IMG/VR virus record: IMGVR_UViG_3300040770_000007
Span: 1-43,549 of that record
Source of the DNA: a virus
DNA length: 43,549 bases
Direction: 5' to 3' (one strand)
Each line of letters begins with the position of its first letter. Position 1 is the first letter of the stretch. The notes beneath the pieces were generated by a model. It worked only from the letters and a program-made list of their open reading frames with translations. It did no database searches and had not been told where the DNA came from. The position numbers were made by a program, and so were the translations under genes. Below, one piece after another: positions 20,301 through 28,424 of the stretch.

Positions 20301-20918
20301 GGTTCCGTTTTTAATTTAACGGATTCGAATGGAAGTCACGCGCTTGAAATAAATGATGTCAATTTCCAAAGTTGCGCATCTTTGGGCTTGATTAAAGGAT
20401 ATAGACAATTCACGGGAACAACGGTTGGAATTTATGGTTGTTCAGACGGTTTAATATTGGACGGAAGTTGGAACGGTTTTAAATTAACTAATACAAACGC
20501 ATTCGGTTTTGGTGCATCGGGAACACTAATAAAAAAAGGCGCGACAACATCGTTTGCAAATCGTTTGTATTTAGATCTAAATTTAAGTTTGCCAACGGGC
20601 GCAAAAATTTGTGATTTTCAAGAAAGTAACTTTGCAAGCGACAAACTTTTGCAAATTGTGAATTGTTTGGTGAAAGTTAATTCAATAATTGATCCGGCAA
20701 CAACCGCGTCAACTTTTCCGAATATCACGCCGTTTTCGCCAAAAGCATATTTCACAAACAATATTGGTTTGAAAAATAGTTTTAATGAACCATACGGATT
20801 AAAAACAACAAACCTTTTTACGTATGCGGATGACGCGTCAGCGTCTTCCGGTGGGATTCAAGTTGGTGAAGTTTATGTAGAATCAACAACCGGGTATTTT
20901 AAAACCCGTTTAACTTAA
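17379..20918 (+). CDS. Tail fibre / receptor-binding protein candidate (1179 aa)
   Basis: Contains the segment DDRGNYDASTNTFPTTGGSGTSGAVLKGDLWYISAPGTLGGQDVGIGDSFRAL...NWDIL, which I recognise from many phage tail-fibre proteins. The distal part is N/G/T/I-rich and repetitive, which fits a beta-helix. Confidence 0.7.
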   Translation: MADNLRSLEERIDTDIDPNGTPGSIFAENHNAIEKEILRKAGKYSGSPFLATKQATVFVPGTLSLNGNALNVLTNFNVTASKLTSDLIDFGKTLATLEIGDLIQFKDYSGRAFLLEFQSYVSNTDGSGNPIFDITVKGVLENTNYIYQDNETSASILSVIKKIKPLQKSLTSIVTDDGTASATTPDDTFNFEGGNGAIVSASGKTITITPKVQTIAETPNLQDELDLKASKAYADSLVVGLIDDRGNYDASTNTFPTTGGSGTSGAVLKGDLWYISAPGTLGGQDVGIGDSFRALTDAPGQTATNWDILESNIGYVPENNANKSTSVFADYLSDIKFPTVKSVYDFCMSAFRKKFLSFGDITGTTHTFGAGSENVMFKFSNNSAITATIPTNATTPIDIGSVFETIPTGNGILTVQGAVGVTILTNLTSPSVKNEVRRYTKIDTNTWTIEGNNSGGSSEISIRNASDVEQFKITDLIRFENVSFDSANKKIGIDPLLPLSAYLDFNNGSDTTGVIENAKKPFKTIQALLTALPATGGETYTIYIYSGNVSFTRKMARRNLRFISYVDTTLIFDTVKEADGITNAGFLFSDAGGTDRTWTFENSNISFSSSRSIRFGREFNTGVVFKGNINNLTWVGGEIYVQQNSNIKINNVTSFGGFFNGVGNGSDKLPSYIEIDYFNVTANANIIGSYKGTLRINNLVKTNIGTSNDIDFSIPNSGTNDITLEFKNITHNGLITTYVNKVNFIDCVVNNLATFYFGKINGYSQGIVTGNLIGTNFNDNGYFGNGTYFKNFTGRIGGCTLANGVYTFDNCNITTNTTLTNRWGSATLKEAVFFKGYNTITQLVTGGGLIGSEAETTVEFGGTVRTNANNFGSRVKSVYVNSTFKEKLFEVVIRSKNDLVGRILDSNTTYIIDGNIVLLSGEFINIPASGLTLIGYGFNVSIITKNVSGESIFASPVGGSGDFISNNVQLNSGIGSVFNLTDSNGSHALEINDVNFQSCASLGLIKGYRQFTGTTVGIYGCSDGLILDGSWNGFKLTNTNAFGFGASGTLIKKGATTSFANRLYLDLNLSLPTGAKICDFQESNFASDKLLQIVNCLVKVNSIIDPATTASTFPNITPFSPKAYFTNNIGLKNSFNEPYGLKTTNLFTYADDASASSGGIQVGEVYVESTTGYFKTRLT

Positions 20919-20930
20919 CAATGAAAAAAT

Positions 20931-23090
20931 ATGTGTGATGAAAATATAAATGAAATTTTGGTTGTCGAATTTCCGGCAACCAATGACGAATTCAATTGGT
21001 TGAACAACACTTCGATTCCAATTCAAACCGTTGGTGGACAATTAAGGTTGTCCCCGGAAAGTTCATCAAGCGCGTTTCGACGTGGACTTGGAATTTTGGA
21101 TCCGGTTAACAATCGAATTCGTCTTCAAATTAATATGGATCTTTTTCGCCCACAAACATCAACACACGACAAAATAAATGTCGTGTTTGGTGTTTATGCC
21201 GGTGCGACATTAATTGATCAATTTACGGTGTACTATGAAGGACTTTCAGCGGGTGAATTAGTGGAATACAATTTTGACCGTGTTTATAAATACGAATCAA
21301 TGGGCGGAAATATTTCGTTGAAAGTATCATTCCCGGAAGGTTTTCAAAACCAAGTGTTGTTCGATTATTTAAAATGTTACGATTTTAAATTTTGTGAAGA
21401 CAAGATCCGGACATATTTCGTCATTGATCAATTATTCGAAAGCGCGTTGATGTCACAGTCTTCCGGAATCCAATTGACAGAATGGAAAGTGGACGACGTG
21501 GAAACATTGACGCCGGATTTTTTTACGGAAAACGCAAGTGTTGGTGGAAATCCATTGACGGAATGGTTGTTCGCAAAAGCAAACATAGACGGATCCGGGC
21601 GAATTTCAGACGATGCGACGCCAAACACATTCAATCCGTTCGTTGGTGAATTTGGTTTGACATTTGACACGGTTAATTCATTCCACGGTGGAAAGCCAAA
21701 CGGGACACAAACCGGTTCGAATTATGGTTCCGGGGTGTTGACGTTGGGTTTTGAAAAACCTTCCGTTTTCAACGGTCAATTGTCGTCCAAGAAAGGCGCG
21801 TTTTTTATAGATCTTGATTATTCAAAGAACTTGAAAGTTGTTTTTAATGTATTGATCAACAACACGAAAACAAACGTTTTTGATTCACCGGAATATTTCA
21901 GAAAATACACGATTTTATGGGATTCCAAGAATTGTCAAAAATCATTCTATTATCAAGATCAATTGTCATCAAATCAAACAACAAAGATCCCGGCGATTCA
22001 AGACGGATTCTTGTTTGGTTTAACGGGCGGAATATCCCTTCAAACAGTGATCGGTTGTGATCAGTCTTTTTCATATTCCGGGGATTCGGGAACGTATGAA
22101 TTCCAAATTGATTTTGGAACGGACATTGGAATGTGTGGTGTAAATTATAACGCGTTTGGGGTTCCGGACAAATTTGAAATTGAATGGAACGGACAATTGT
22201 TTTCGTCGGGATATGTCGGTGAAAGTTTTTATGATCAACAATTGATCAACCTTGGGATCAGTCCAACGGAAATCAACACCGCGTCACCGGGAAATGGTGT
22301 GGGGATATTGAATTTTGTAAAATCACAAGCGTTTCCAACAACGGCAACAATTCGCGTCACCGCGCCATTGTCCGGGACGGGATGGGAAATGTCGGGGATT
22401 TGTCCGCAACCAATCCAAACCGGAAATTTCACGGAAATATCTTGGAACGATACAAAAACAACCGAATCAAGAAGCGGAACGAACGCAAATGAAACGATTT
22501 TTTATAACGGTGCATTTTATCCGGTTACGGGTGTGACTTGGCAAAGAAAAAACAACGTTTGGGTTGATGACGTTTCACCGGTTTCGTCTTTGAATACTTT
22601 TTCATTAAATTCGAATTTGAATGAATTTAGATTAAAAGCATTAGACGCAAATAACACGGAAGTTTATTCGAACGTACTTCAATACTTAAAAACGGAAGTT
22701 TTTCCGACACAATCATATTTTTATCAAGGATCAACCGTGATCGCGGATCCACAATTGAATTCGTGGGTTGATTATTTGGACGCAAATGGAGTTCAACAAA
22801 GATTCATTGTTGGTCAGTATTCAAATGGTTGTCAAGAAATAATCGCGTCAAGTATCGTTGCGACCAATGGCGTGAATGCGTGTTCGAATTCATCAATTTG
22901 TTATGAATACACGGTTTATCCACCATTAAGTCCGGGACAACACGCCGTTGAATTTTTGGATTGTGACGGTCAAACATCATTTGTCACGGTAAATTTTAAC
23001 GATTCACCGGCAATCATTTGTGTAAAAGAATTTATCAACGATGACGGAAACGGTCAAACGGAAAGCAATAGTACAATTTGTATAAATTAA
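20931..23090 (+). CDS. Tail-associated protein, function unknown (719 aa)
   Basis: Long ORF directly after the fibre gene. Confidence 0.75.
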   Translation: MCDENINEILVVEFPATNDEFNWLNNTSIPIQTVGGQLRLSPESSSSAFRRGLGILDPVNNRIRLQINMDLFRPQTSTHDKINVVFGVYAGATLIDQFTVYYEGLSAGELVEYNFDRVYKYESMGGNISLKVSFPEGFQNQVLFDYLKCYDFKFCEDKIRTYFVIDQLFESALMSQSSGIQLTEWKVDDVETLTPDFFTENASVGGNPLTEWLFAKANIDGSGRISDDATPNTFNPFVGEFGLTFDTVNSFHGGKPNGTQTGSNYGSGVLTLGFEKPSVFNGQLSSKKGAFFIDLDYSKNLKVVFNVLINNTKTNVFDSPEYFRKYTILWDSKNCQKSFYYQDQLSSNQTTKIPAIQDGFLFGLTGGISLQTVIGCDQSFSYSGDSGTYEFQIDFGTDIGMCGVNYNAFGVPDKFEIEWNGQLFSSGYVGESFYDQQLINLGISPTEINTASPGNGVGILNFVKSQAFPTTATIRVTAPLSGTGWEMSGICPQPIQTGNFTEISWNDTKTTESRSGTNANETIFYNGAFYPVTGVTWQRKNNVWVDDVSPVSSLNTFSLNSNLNEFRLKALDANNTEVYSNVLQYLKTEVFPTQSYFYQGSTVIADPQLNSWVDYLDANGVQQRFIVGQYSNGCQEIIASSIVATNGVNACSNSSICYEYTVYPPLSPGQHAVEFLDCDGQTSFVTVNFNDSPAIICVKEFINDDGNGQTESNSTICIN

Positions 23091-23103
23091 AAAAATAAAA
23101 TAA

Positions 23104-24063
23104 ATGAATAATAATCAAGAATTATTGGACAACGTTTATATTGATCAAACCGCGTTGGGATGCAATCAAATTATAAAATGTCCATACAAAGAAAGAACAA
23201 TCAGTTTCGCGCTTGGTGTCAGTATTCCGACACCGGGACAACCGCCGGAAGAAATATTCAAAGAATGTTGTTATACACATTTGACGTTGGCGGATCTTAA
23301 TTCGTCGGAAGATTTTAAAAACGATTATTCAGCATTTTTTCACCAAAGACAAATTTCATCGGAAACGGTGGGATTTGTCTTGTATCATTATGAATCGACA
23401 AATGAACACCCGTTGATTGATGAAACATTTGGTTCGTTTTATGGTTTTGGATCGTTCCCGACAAACAATAATTTAAAAGGTTATTTGGTGAAATGGAAAA
23501 AAGTGTTGGCGGAAATTGGTGAAGGTAATTTCAAAATAATAAAAAGAATCACGGTTGCCGGTGTCCCGGTTGAATTTTCATCGATCGTTTTCACCTTGCG
23601 ACAATTTTCAACATCAAACGCGAACAAGACCGTTCGAATTGACGTGATAATGGACGGACGTTTGGAAAAGTCGGGAATTGATTTCAGCGGAACCGCTTGG
23701 AAACATTCAATCCGTGTTCCGGGATTTTTCGGAAGACGTGAACCGCAATTGACGGAAGACAATTTGATCAACCGATCATTTGAGAAAAGACAAATTTCAA
23801 TGAAACAAACCAATGAATTCAAATTTCAAACAAACTTGATCCCGGATTGTTTGACAAATGAAATTTGGGATTTTATGTTGATGTCAAATGATATTTTTAT
23901 AAACGATTATAATTTGAATAATCATTCTTATGATTTCGTGAAATTTGGTGTCAAGATTGCGTCCAATGATGGGACAAAATATGGTGTCAAGACAAGAAAA
24001 GCACAATTGAATTTAACTTTTACGGATAAATTTGAAAACAATTTGAAACGCAATTTCAAATAA
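23104..24063 (+). CDS. Tail-associated protein, function unknown (319 aa)
   Basis: Last ORF of the morphogenesis block, followed by a hairpin. Confidence 0.75.
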   Translation: MNNNQELLDNVYIDQTALGCNQIIKCPYKERTISFALGVSIPTPGQPPEEIFKECCYTHLTLADLNSSEDFKNDYSAFFHQRQISSETVGFVLYHYESTNEHPLIDETFGSFYGFGSFPTNNNLKGYLVKWKKVLAEIGEGNFKIIKRITVAGVPVEFSSIVFTLRQFSTSNANKTVRIDVIMDGRLEKSGIDFSGTAWKHSIRVPGFFGRREPQLTEDNLINRSFEKRQISMKQTNEFKFQTNLIPDCLTNEIWDFMLMSNDIFINDYNLNNHSYDFVKFGVKIASNDGTKYGVKTRKAQLNLTFTDKFENNLKRNFK

Positions 24064-24076
24064 GTCAACACAATAG

Positions 24077-24105
24077 ACCAACGATTTTTTTTTCGTTGGT
24101 TTATT
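24077..24105 (+). terminator. Terminator-like hairpin after the last tail gene
   Basis: Stem ACCAACGA/TCGTTGGT with a U-rich loop, followed by TTATT. The T-tract is weak. Confidence 0.45.
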
Positions 24106-24205
24106 AACAACAACAAACATTCACTTTGTTCAAATATTCTATCTTTGACAAAGTGATTTTAAAAAAGTATCTTAAAGTAATAAAAATCACTAATTATTTA
24201 TAAAT

Positions 24206-24760
24206 GTGAAAACAATAATAAAAATGATAATAAAATATTTGATCGGGATCCTTGGAGCATTGAACACAATTCACGTCGGGACGGTTTTAATGAAATTCAA
24301 GGCAACAATAAAACTTGGAATTTTGATTAGTCCTTTTGCTTTAATAATGGAAAACTTTTCGCGTTGGACATTTGATAATTCAAATTATATCACAGTTGTT
24401 TTAATCGCCATTGCGATCGATCACGGTTTGGGGACGGCAAAACATTTGTGGATCCAAAAGGATTTCAAATGGAGCAAAAATTTAATTGGTTTAATGATGA
24501 AAATCGGGTTGATTGTCACGTGCGGTTTCTTGTTTGAAGGACTTAACATCATAATTCACAAAGAATCGATCGTTCAAGATTATTTGACAACCGTGACGCG
24601 TTTGATCGTGTTTTTATATCCCGCCGGATCCGCGTTTGGAAATTCATCAATACTTTCAAACGGCAAATTCCCACCGCAAGCGTGGTTGGATCGTTTGAAA
24701 TATTTTCAATCAAGTTTGGACACAAAAGATTTAACACCTAAAAAACAAGAAAATGAATAA
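24206..24760 (+). CDS. Holin candidate (184 aa from GTG 24206; alternative ATG at 24224)
   Basis: Multiple transmembrane segments, located immediately upstream of the endolysin and overlapping it by 8 nt. It resembles the multi-TM phage holin families. Confidence 0.6.
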   Translation: MKTIIKMIIKYLIGILGALNTIHVGTVLMKFKATIKLGILISPFALIMENFSRWTFDNSNYITVVLIAIAIDHGLGTAKHLWIQKDFKWSKNLIGLMMKIGLIVTCGFLFEGLNIIIHKESIVQDYLTTVTRLIVFLYPAGSAFGNSSILSNGKFPPQAWLDRLKYFQSSLDTKDLTPKKQENE

Positions 24761-25253
24761 ATTCGACAAAGCATTTCAAGAAATTATCGCCATTGAAGGC
24801 GGTTTGGTTAATGACAAAAATGATCGTGGCGGTTTGACAAAATATGGAATTTCGCAAAAGGCATTTCCGAAAGTAGATATTCGAAATTTGACAATTGATG
24901 GTGCGAAAAAAATATATTTCGAAAACTATTGGAAAACCGGATCGATCAACTTGGATCAGTATGACGAAAAAAACGCGATTGAATTGTTTGACATCGCGGT
25001 CAATATGGGTGTTGCAACATCCGCAAAAACACTTCAAAACGCGTTGAATTTAATGAATAGAAACCAAAAGGATTTCCCGGACTTAAAAGTTGACGGAAAC
25101 GCCGGGGAAAAGACCTTCAAAGCATATTCAATTGTGAATAAAGAAATTTTATTCAAAGTATTAAACGGATTGCAGTTTTCACGCTATGTTTCAATAGTTG
25201 AAAGGGATCCAACGCAAGAATCATTCTTTAATGGTTGGATGAAACGAGTATAA
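24753..25253 (+). CDS. Endolysin, GH108-type N-acetylmuramidase with a C-terminal PG_binding_3-like domain (166 aa)
   Basis: N-terminal IIAIEGGLVNDKNDRGGLTKYGIS matches the GH108 EGGxxxDxxDxGGxTxxGI signature. The C-terminal ...FFNGWMKRV matches the GWxxR end of the associated peptidoglycan-binding domain. Confidence 0.9.
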   Translation: MNKFDKAFQEIIAIEGGLVNDKNDRGGLTKYGISQKAFPKVDIRNLTIDGAKKIYFENYWKTGSINLDQYDEKNAIELFDIAVNMGVATSAKTLQNALNLMNRNQKDFPDLKVDGNAGEKTFKAYSIVNKEILFKVLNGLQFSRYVSIVERDPTQESFFNGWMKRV

Positions 25254-25265
25254 AAAAAACGAAAT

Positions 25266-25829
25266 ATGAAAAATCTACTTTTAACGATTATTTTAATCGT
25301 TTTGACACTTGGTTGTTCAAGTTCAAAGAAGACGTCGGAAATCAAAGAAAAAAGCCAAAACGAATCGGAATTGGCGGTCAATGTGAACGACAAAAAAGAA
25401 TCGATCAATGAAACAACAAAAGAAGCCAAGGACGAACAAAAGAACACCGCGACGGAAACCGTTGTGAAATACGTTCCAAAAATTGATTCGGAAGGAAAGT
25501 TTGTCCCGTTTAAATACCAAAACACCAAGGACGGAAAGCCACAAACAATTGAAGTCAATGGAAACGGCGAAGTCTTGATCCGGACGATCGAAACGGAATT
25601 TTCGAAATATTCAAAGGAAACCCAAATGACAATCGACAAAATGAAATCCAATTTTGACGCGGTGATTAAGGATTCAGAAAAAAAACTATTGGAAAGCTAT
25701 TCGGAAATAAAAGAAACAAAACAATCGATTTTCAAATTATGGATCGCGGTGTTGGTGTTGTCCGGGTTGTTGATCCTTTCGGTTTGGTTCCATATTTCAA
25801 GGACAAAAATCCCTTATATTAATAAATAG
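25266..25829 (+). CDS. Unimolecular spanin candidate (187 aa): N-terminal lipoprotein signal plus C-terminal transmembrane helix
   Basis: MKNLLLTIILIVLTLGC|SSS lipobox-like signal, a K/E/T-rich middle, and a C-terminal LWIAVLVLSGLLILSVWFHI helix. It is the last gene of the lysis cassette. Confidence 0.5.
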   Translation: MKNLLLTIILIVLTLGCSSSKKTSEIKEKSQNESELAVNVNDKKESINETTKEAKDEQKNTATETVVKYVPKIDSEGKFVPFKYQNTKDGKPQTIEVNGNGEVLIRTIETEFSKYSKETQMTIDKMKSNFDAVIKDSEKKLLESYSEIKETKQSIFKLWIAVLVLSGLLILSVWFHISRTKIPYINK

Positions 25830-25887
25830 AATTATATTTGTCAAAGATTTTTCCACGAAATCTAACCATAAAAGTTTGTTTTGTTTG

Positions 25888-25919
25888 ACGCCACCTTTCA
25901 CGGGTGGCGTTTCTTTTTT
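25888..25919 (+). terminator. Rho-independent terminator ending the late/lysis transcription unit
   Basis: Stem ACGCCACC(25888-25895)/GGTGGCGT(25903-25910), followed by TTCTTTTTT. Confidence 0.7.
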
Positions 25920-25927
25920 ATACAAAC

Positions 25928-26004
25928 AAATTAAAAAATGTTTGTGTAATACATTTTTAAATGTATATTTGCATCAACAAACAAACAAAAAAAATCAAAA
26001 ATGG
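25928..26004 (+). promoter_or_regulatory. Early promoter/operator cassette copy 1 (77-bp repeat)
   Basis: -33 TTTG at 25941-25944, a 19-nt spacer, and -7 TATATTTG at 25964-25971. An 18-bp palindrome ATACATTT-TT-AAATGTAT at 25949-25966 sits in the spacer. An A/C-rich leader runs to the ATG at 26001. The cassette is nearly identical to 30768..30844 and 34248..34324. Confidence 0.7.
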
Positions 26005-26150
26005 CAACATTAACATCAAGACAAACGACGTTGGCGTCCGGTTTAATTGACAAAGGTTACGAAATGACTGAATTCAAAAACCGGAACGTGTTAAAATTAA
26101 TCAAAGGGAAAACAACAATTTATTTATATCCACCTAAACAAAAGAAATAA
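26001..26150 (+). CDS. Small first ORF of early operon 1 (49 aa, MATLTSRQTTLASGLIDKGYEM...)
   Basis: Its ATG sits at the position fixed by the repeat cassette, as in copies 2 and 3. Its stop overlaps the next start (TAATG). It is below the ORF-track cutoff. Confidence 0.45.
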   Translation: MATLTSRQTTLASGLIDKGYEMTEFKNRNVLKLIKGKTTIYLYPPKQKK

Positions 26151-26404
26151 TGAAACAAAAAGAACAACAAGAAACAAAATACATCATTGATGTTGATCAA
26201 TTAATTGAAATATACAACAAGGAAAACCCGGAATTGAAACCGCTTGATCGAAAAACATTGGCGCAATTATTAAGTGTCAACACACAAGTTTTTTCAGATT
26301 GGAAAGGCGGAAAGACGCCAAAATGGGTATATCATTTATTCAAAATGATGGAAATCGGAAAATGTAATTTTGACAAATTTATAATTCAGCAAAAAAATGA
26401 ATAA
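26150..26404 (+). CDS. Cro/XRE-like helix-turn-helix regulator (84 aa)
   Basis: HTH-like segment RKTLAQLLSVNTQVFSDWKGGKT. It is the second gene after the operator-bearing promoter. Confidence 0.65.
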   Translation: MKQKEQQETKYIIDVDQLIEIYNKENPELKPLDRKTLAQLLSVNTQVFSDWKGGKTPKWVYHLFKMMEIGKCNFDKFIIQQKNE

Positions 26405-27329
26405 ATCAAACCCGGATGTTGTCACGTTCAAAGACTTGATCGAACAACAAGAAACGAAAGACAAGTTCAAAGAAATGATCGGGGACAATTCAATGTCTTT
26501 TTTATATTCAGCCTTGCAAGTGGTTGAAAAAGATTCCAATTTAATAAAAGCGGATCCGCATTCAATTTTGAATTCAGTTTCCGCGATCGCGTCGATGAAT
26601 TTGTTGATTGATCCTTCATTTGGACAAGCGTTCGTCGGGACGTACAAAATAAAAGTCGGAATAGTTTGGAAGACATTGGCACAATTTCAAATTGGATATA
26701 AAGGTTTGATAGAATTGGGACATCGTTCAAACCAATTCAAAGGATTGAACACGGATGACGTTCGCGAAGGTGAATATATTGGAACGGATCGAATGACCGG
26801 GATCACGGAATTCAATTGGAATCAAGATCAAGACGCAAGAAAAAAACTTACTATTGTTGGATATATTGCATATTTCAAATTGACAAACGGATTCGAAAAG
26901 TCTTTGTTTATGACGATCAAGGAAATGAAAGATCACGGACGAAAGTGGTCAAAGAATTTCAACGATAAGGATTGCGGATGGCAAAAAGACTTCGACGGAA
27001 TGGGAAAGAAAACCGTTTTAAAATTATTGTTGGATAAGTACGCACCAAAATCCACGGAAATGAAAAAAGCGATTCGATTTGATCAAGCGATAATCGATGA
27101 CATTGACGGAAACAATTTGAATTATGCGGACAATCCAAACACCAAGGAACCGAAAATGACTTTGGAATTAAGCAACCGTTTGATTGTTCAAAAAAGGACG
27201 TTGGATTTTATAGAAAATGCAAAATCGATCAAACAATTGGAAGGATGTTTCGAAGCCTTGACAGACGATGAAACAAAAAACGCGTATGATCAAAAGATCA
27301 AAATATTAAGTAAGAAAACGAGCAAATAA
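26397..27329 (+). CDS. recT: RecT-family single-strand annealing protein (310 aa)
   Basis: Characteristic RecT blocks: QFQIGYKGLIELGHRS, GYIAYFKLTNGF...MTIKEMKDHG, and GMGKKTVLKLLLDKYAP.S.EM. Confidence 0.85.
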   Translation: MNKSNPDVVTFKDLIEQQETKDKFKEMIGDNSMSFLYSALQVVEKDSNLIKADPHSILNSVSAIASMNLLIDPSFGQAFVGTYKIKVGIVWKTLAQFQIGYKGLIELGHRSNQFKGLNTDDVREGEYIGTDRMTGITEFNWNQDQDARKKLTIVGYIAYFKLTNGFEKSLFMTIKEMKDHGRKWSKNFNDKDCGWQKDFDGMGKKTVLKLLLDKYAPKSTEMKKAIRFDQAIIDDIDGNNLNYADNPNTKEPKMTLELSNRLIVQKRTLDFIENAKSIKQLEGCFEALTDDETKNAYDQKIKILSKKTSK

Positions 27330-27346
27330 ACCAAAATAATAAAACA

Positions 27347-28201
27347 ATGAGCAAAGAAATTTATTTCAGATCGTCAGCGTCCGGAAAGATAATGACAAAC
27401 GGACAAGGGACAACCATAACCGAAATACAATTGGAAAAAATCAAAGATTTTGAAACAAGATTGCGTGAAGGCGGAAAGATCACGGAAATTCAGCGCGCGA
27501 CATTGAAGGAATTGAAAGCGAAAAGGGACGCGCCGTTTGAATTGTCGGACACCGCGAAAAAAGCCGTTGACGATGTTTGGTTGTTTAAAGAAAAAGGATT
27601 TTATAAAAAAATAGAATCGAAATATTTGGACAAAGGGATTTTCGGTGAAGACCTTGGATTTTCTTTATTGACTGAATTGGACGGTCGTTTTTATCAAAAG
27701 AACACCGAAAGGATCTACAAAGACAACCGAACCGGTGAATGTGATAATAGTTTTATTTTAGAGGGTAAAAAGATCATTCAAGACGTCAAATGTTCGTGGG
27801 ACGCCAAGACATTCAAAAATGCGGACATTGATCCGGATTATATTTGGCAAGGTCGGGATTATATGGATCTATATGAAGCGGACGAATTTTGGTTGCGTTA
27901 TTGTTTGATAGATTGTCCACCGCACATTCTCGCAAGGGAAAAGGAACGCGAATGGTACAAATATTATTCAAACACGATGACCGACGCGGAATCGCAAGTC
28001 TTGGAAGAAAGAATGAAACCGTTATTTGATCAGATCGAACGAAATTTGGTTTATTCGTCAAATGAATCCTATTCGAAAGAAGAAAGGGTGAAAACCTTCA
28101 AATTCACGCGCGACGATCTAATTCACAAACAATATTTGGAAAGAATTCCACATTGTCTTGATTATTATAAAACCATAAAATTGAACGATGGGCGTGTTTA
28201 G
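27347..28201 (+). CDS. YqaJ/lambda-Exo-like PD-(D/E)XK recombination exonuclease (284 aa)
   Basis: N-terminal FRSSASGKIM, then GECDN...IIQDVKCS (D...(E/Q)xK motif) and YIWQGRDYMDLY. Paired with recT. Confidence 0.7.
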   Translation: MSKEIYFRSSASGKIMTNGQGTTITEIQLEKIKDFETRLREGGKITEIQRATLKELKAKRDAPFELSDTAKKAVDDVWLFKEKGFYKKIESKYLDKGIFGEDLGFSLLTELDGRFYQKNTERIYKDNRTGECDNSFILEGKKIIQDVKCSWDAKTFKNADIDPDYIWQGRDYMDLYEADEFWLRYCLIDCPPHILAREKEREWYKYYSNTMTDAESQVLEERMKPLFDQIERNLVYSSNESYSKEERVKTFKFTRDDLIHKQYLERIPHCLDYYKTIKLNDGRV

Positions 28202-28421
28202 TAATTTCAAACAAAAGAGCCGGGAACAAGAAATCGACATCAAGATCAATTCACTTTTGACGTCCGTTTCCGGTGACGTGAATAATTTCACGCATCAAGA
28301 ACAAGTGGAAATATTGGTTTCAACTTTGTCCCGTTATAAGGCAAGGAAAGAAAAGGAAATGAATGAAGCGTTGGAATTCGCCAACGACATCGAACAATCA
28401 TTAAAACAATTAACTTTTTAA
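28188..28421 (+). CDS. Hypothetical protein (77 aa)
   Basis: ORF overlapping the exonuclease gene end by 14 nt. No motif recognised. Confidence 0.6.
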   Translation: MGVFSNFKQKSREQEIDIKINSLLTSVSGDVNNFTHQEQVEILVSTLSRYKARKEKEMNEALEFANDIEQSLKQLTF

Positions 28422-28424
28422 AGT

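Noticed and set aside
24125-24147. TTTG plus TATCTTTG upstream of the holin gene as a consensus Bacteroidota promoter.
   Set aside because: The spacer is 11 nt instead of 19-21, and both boxes are part of the inverted repeat reported separately.
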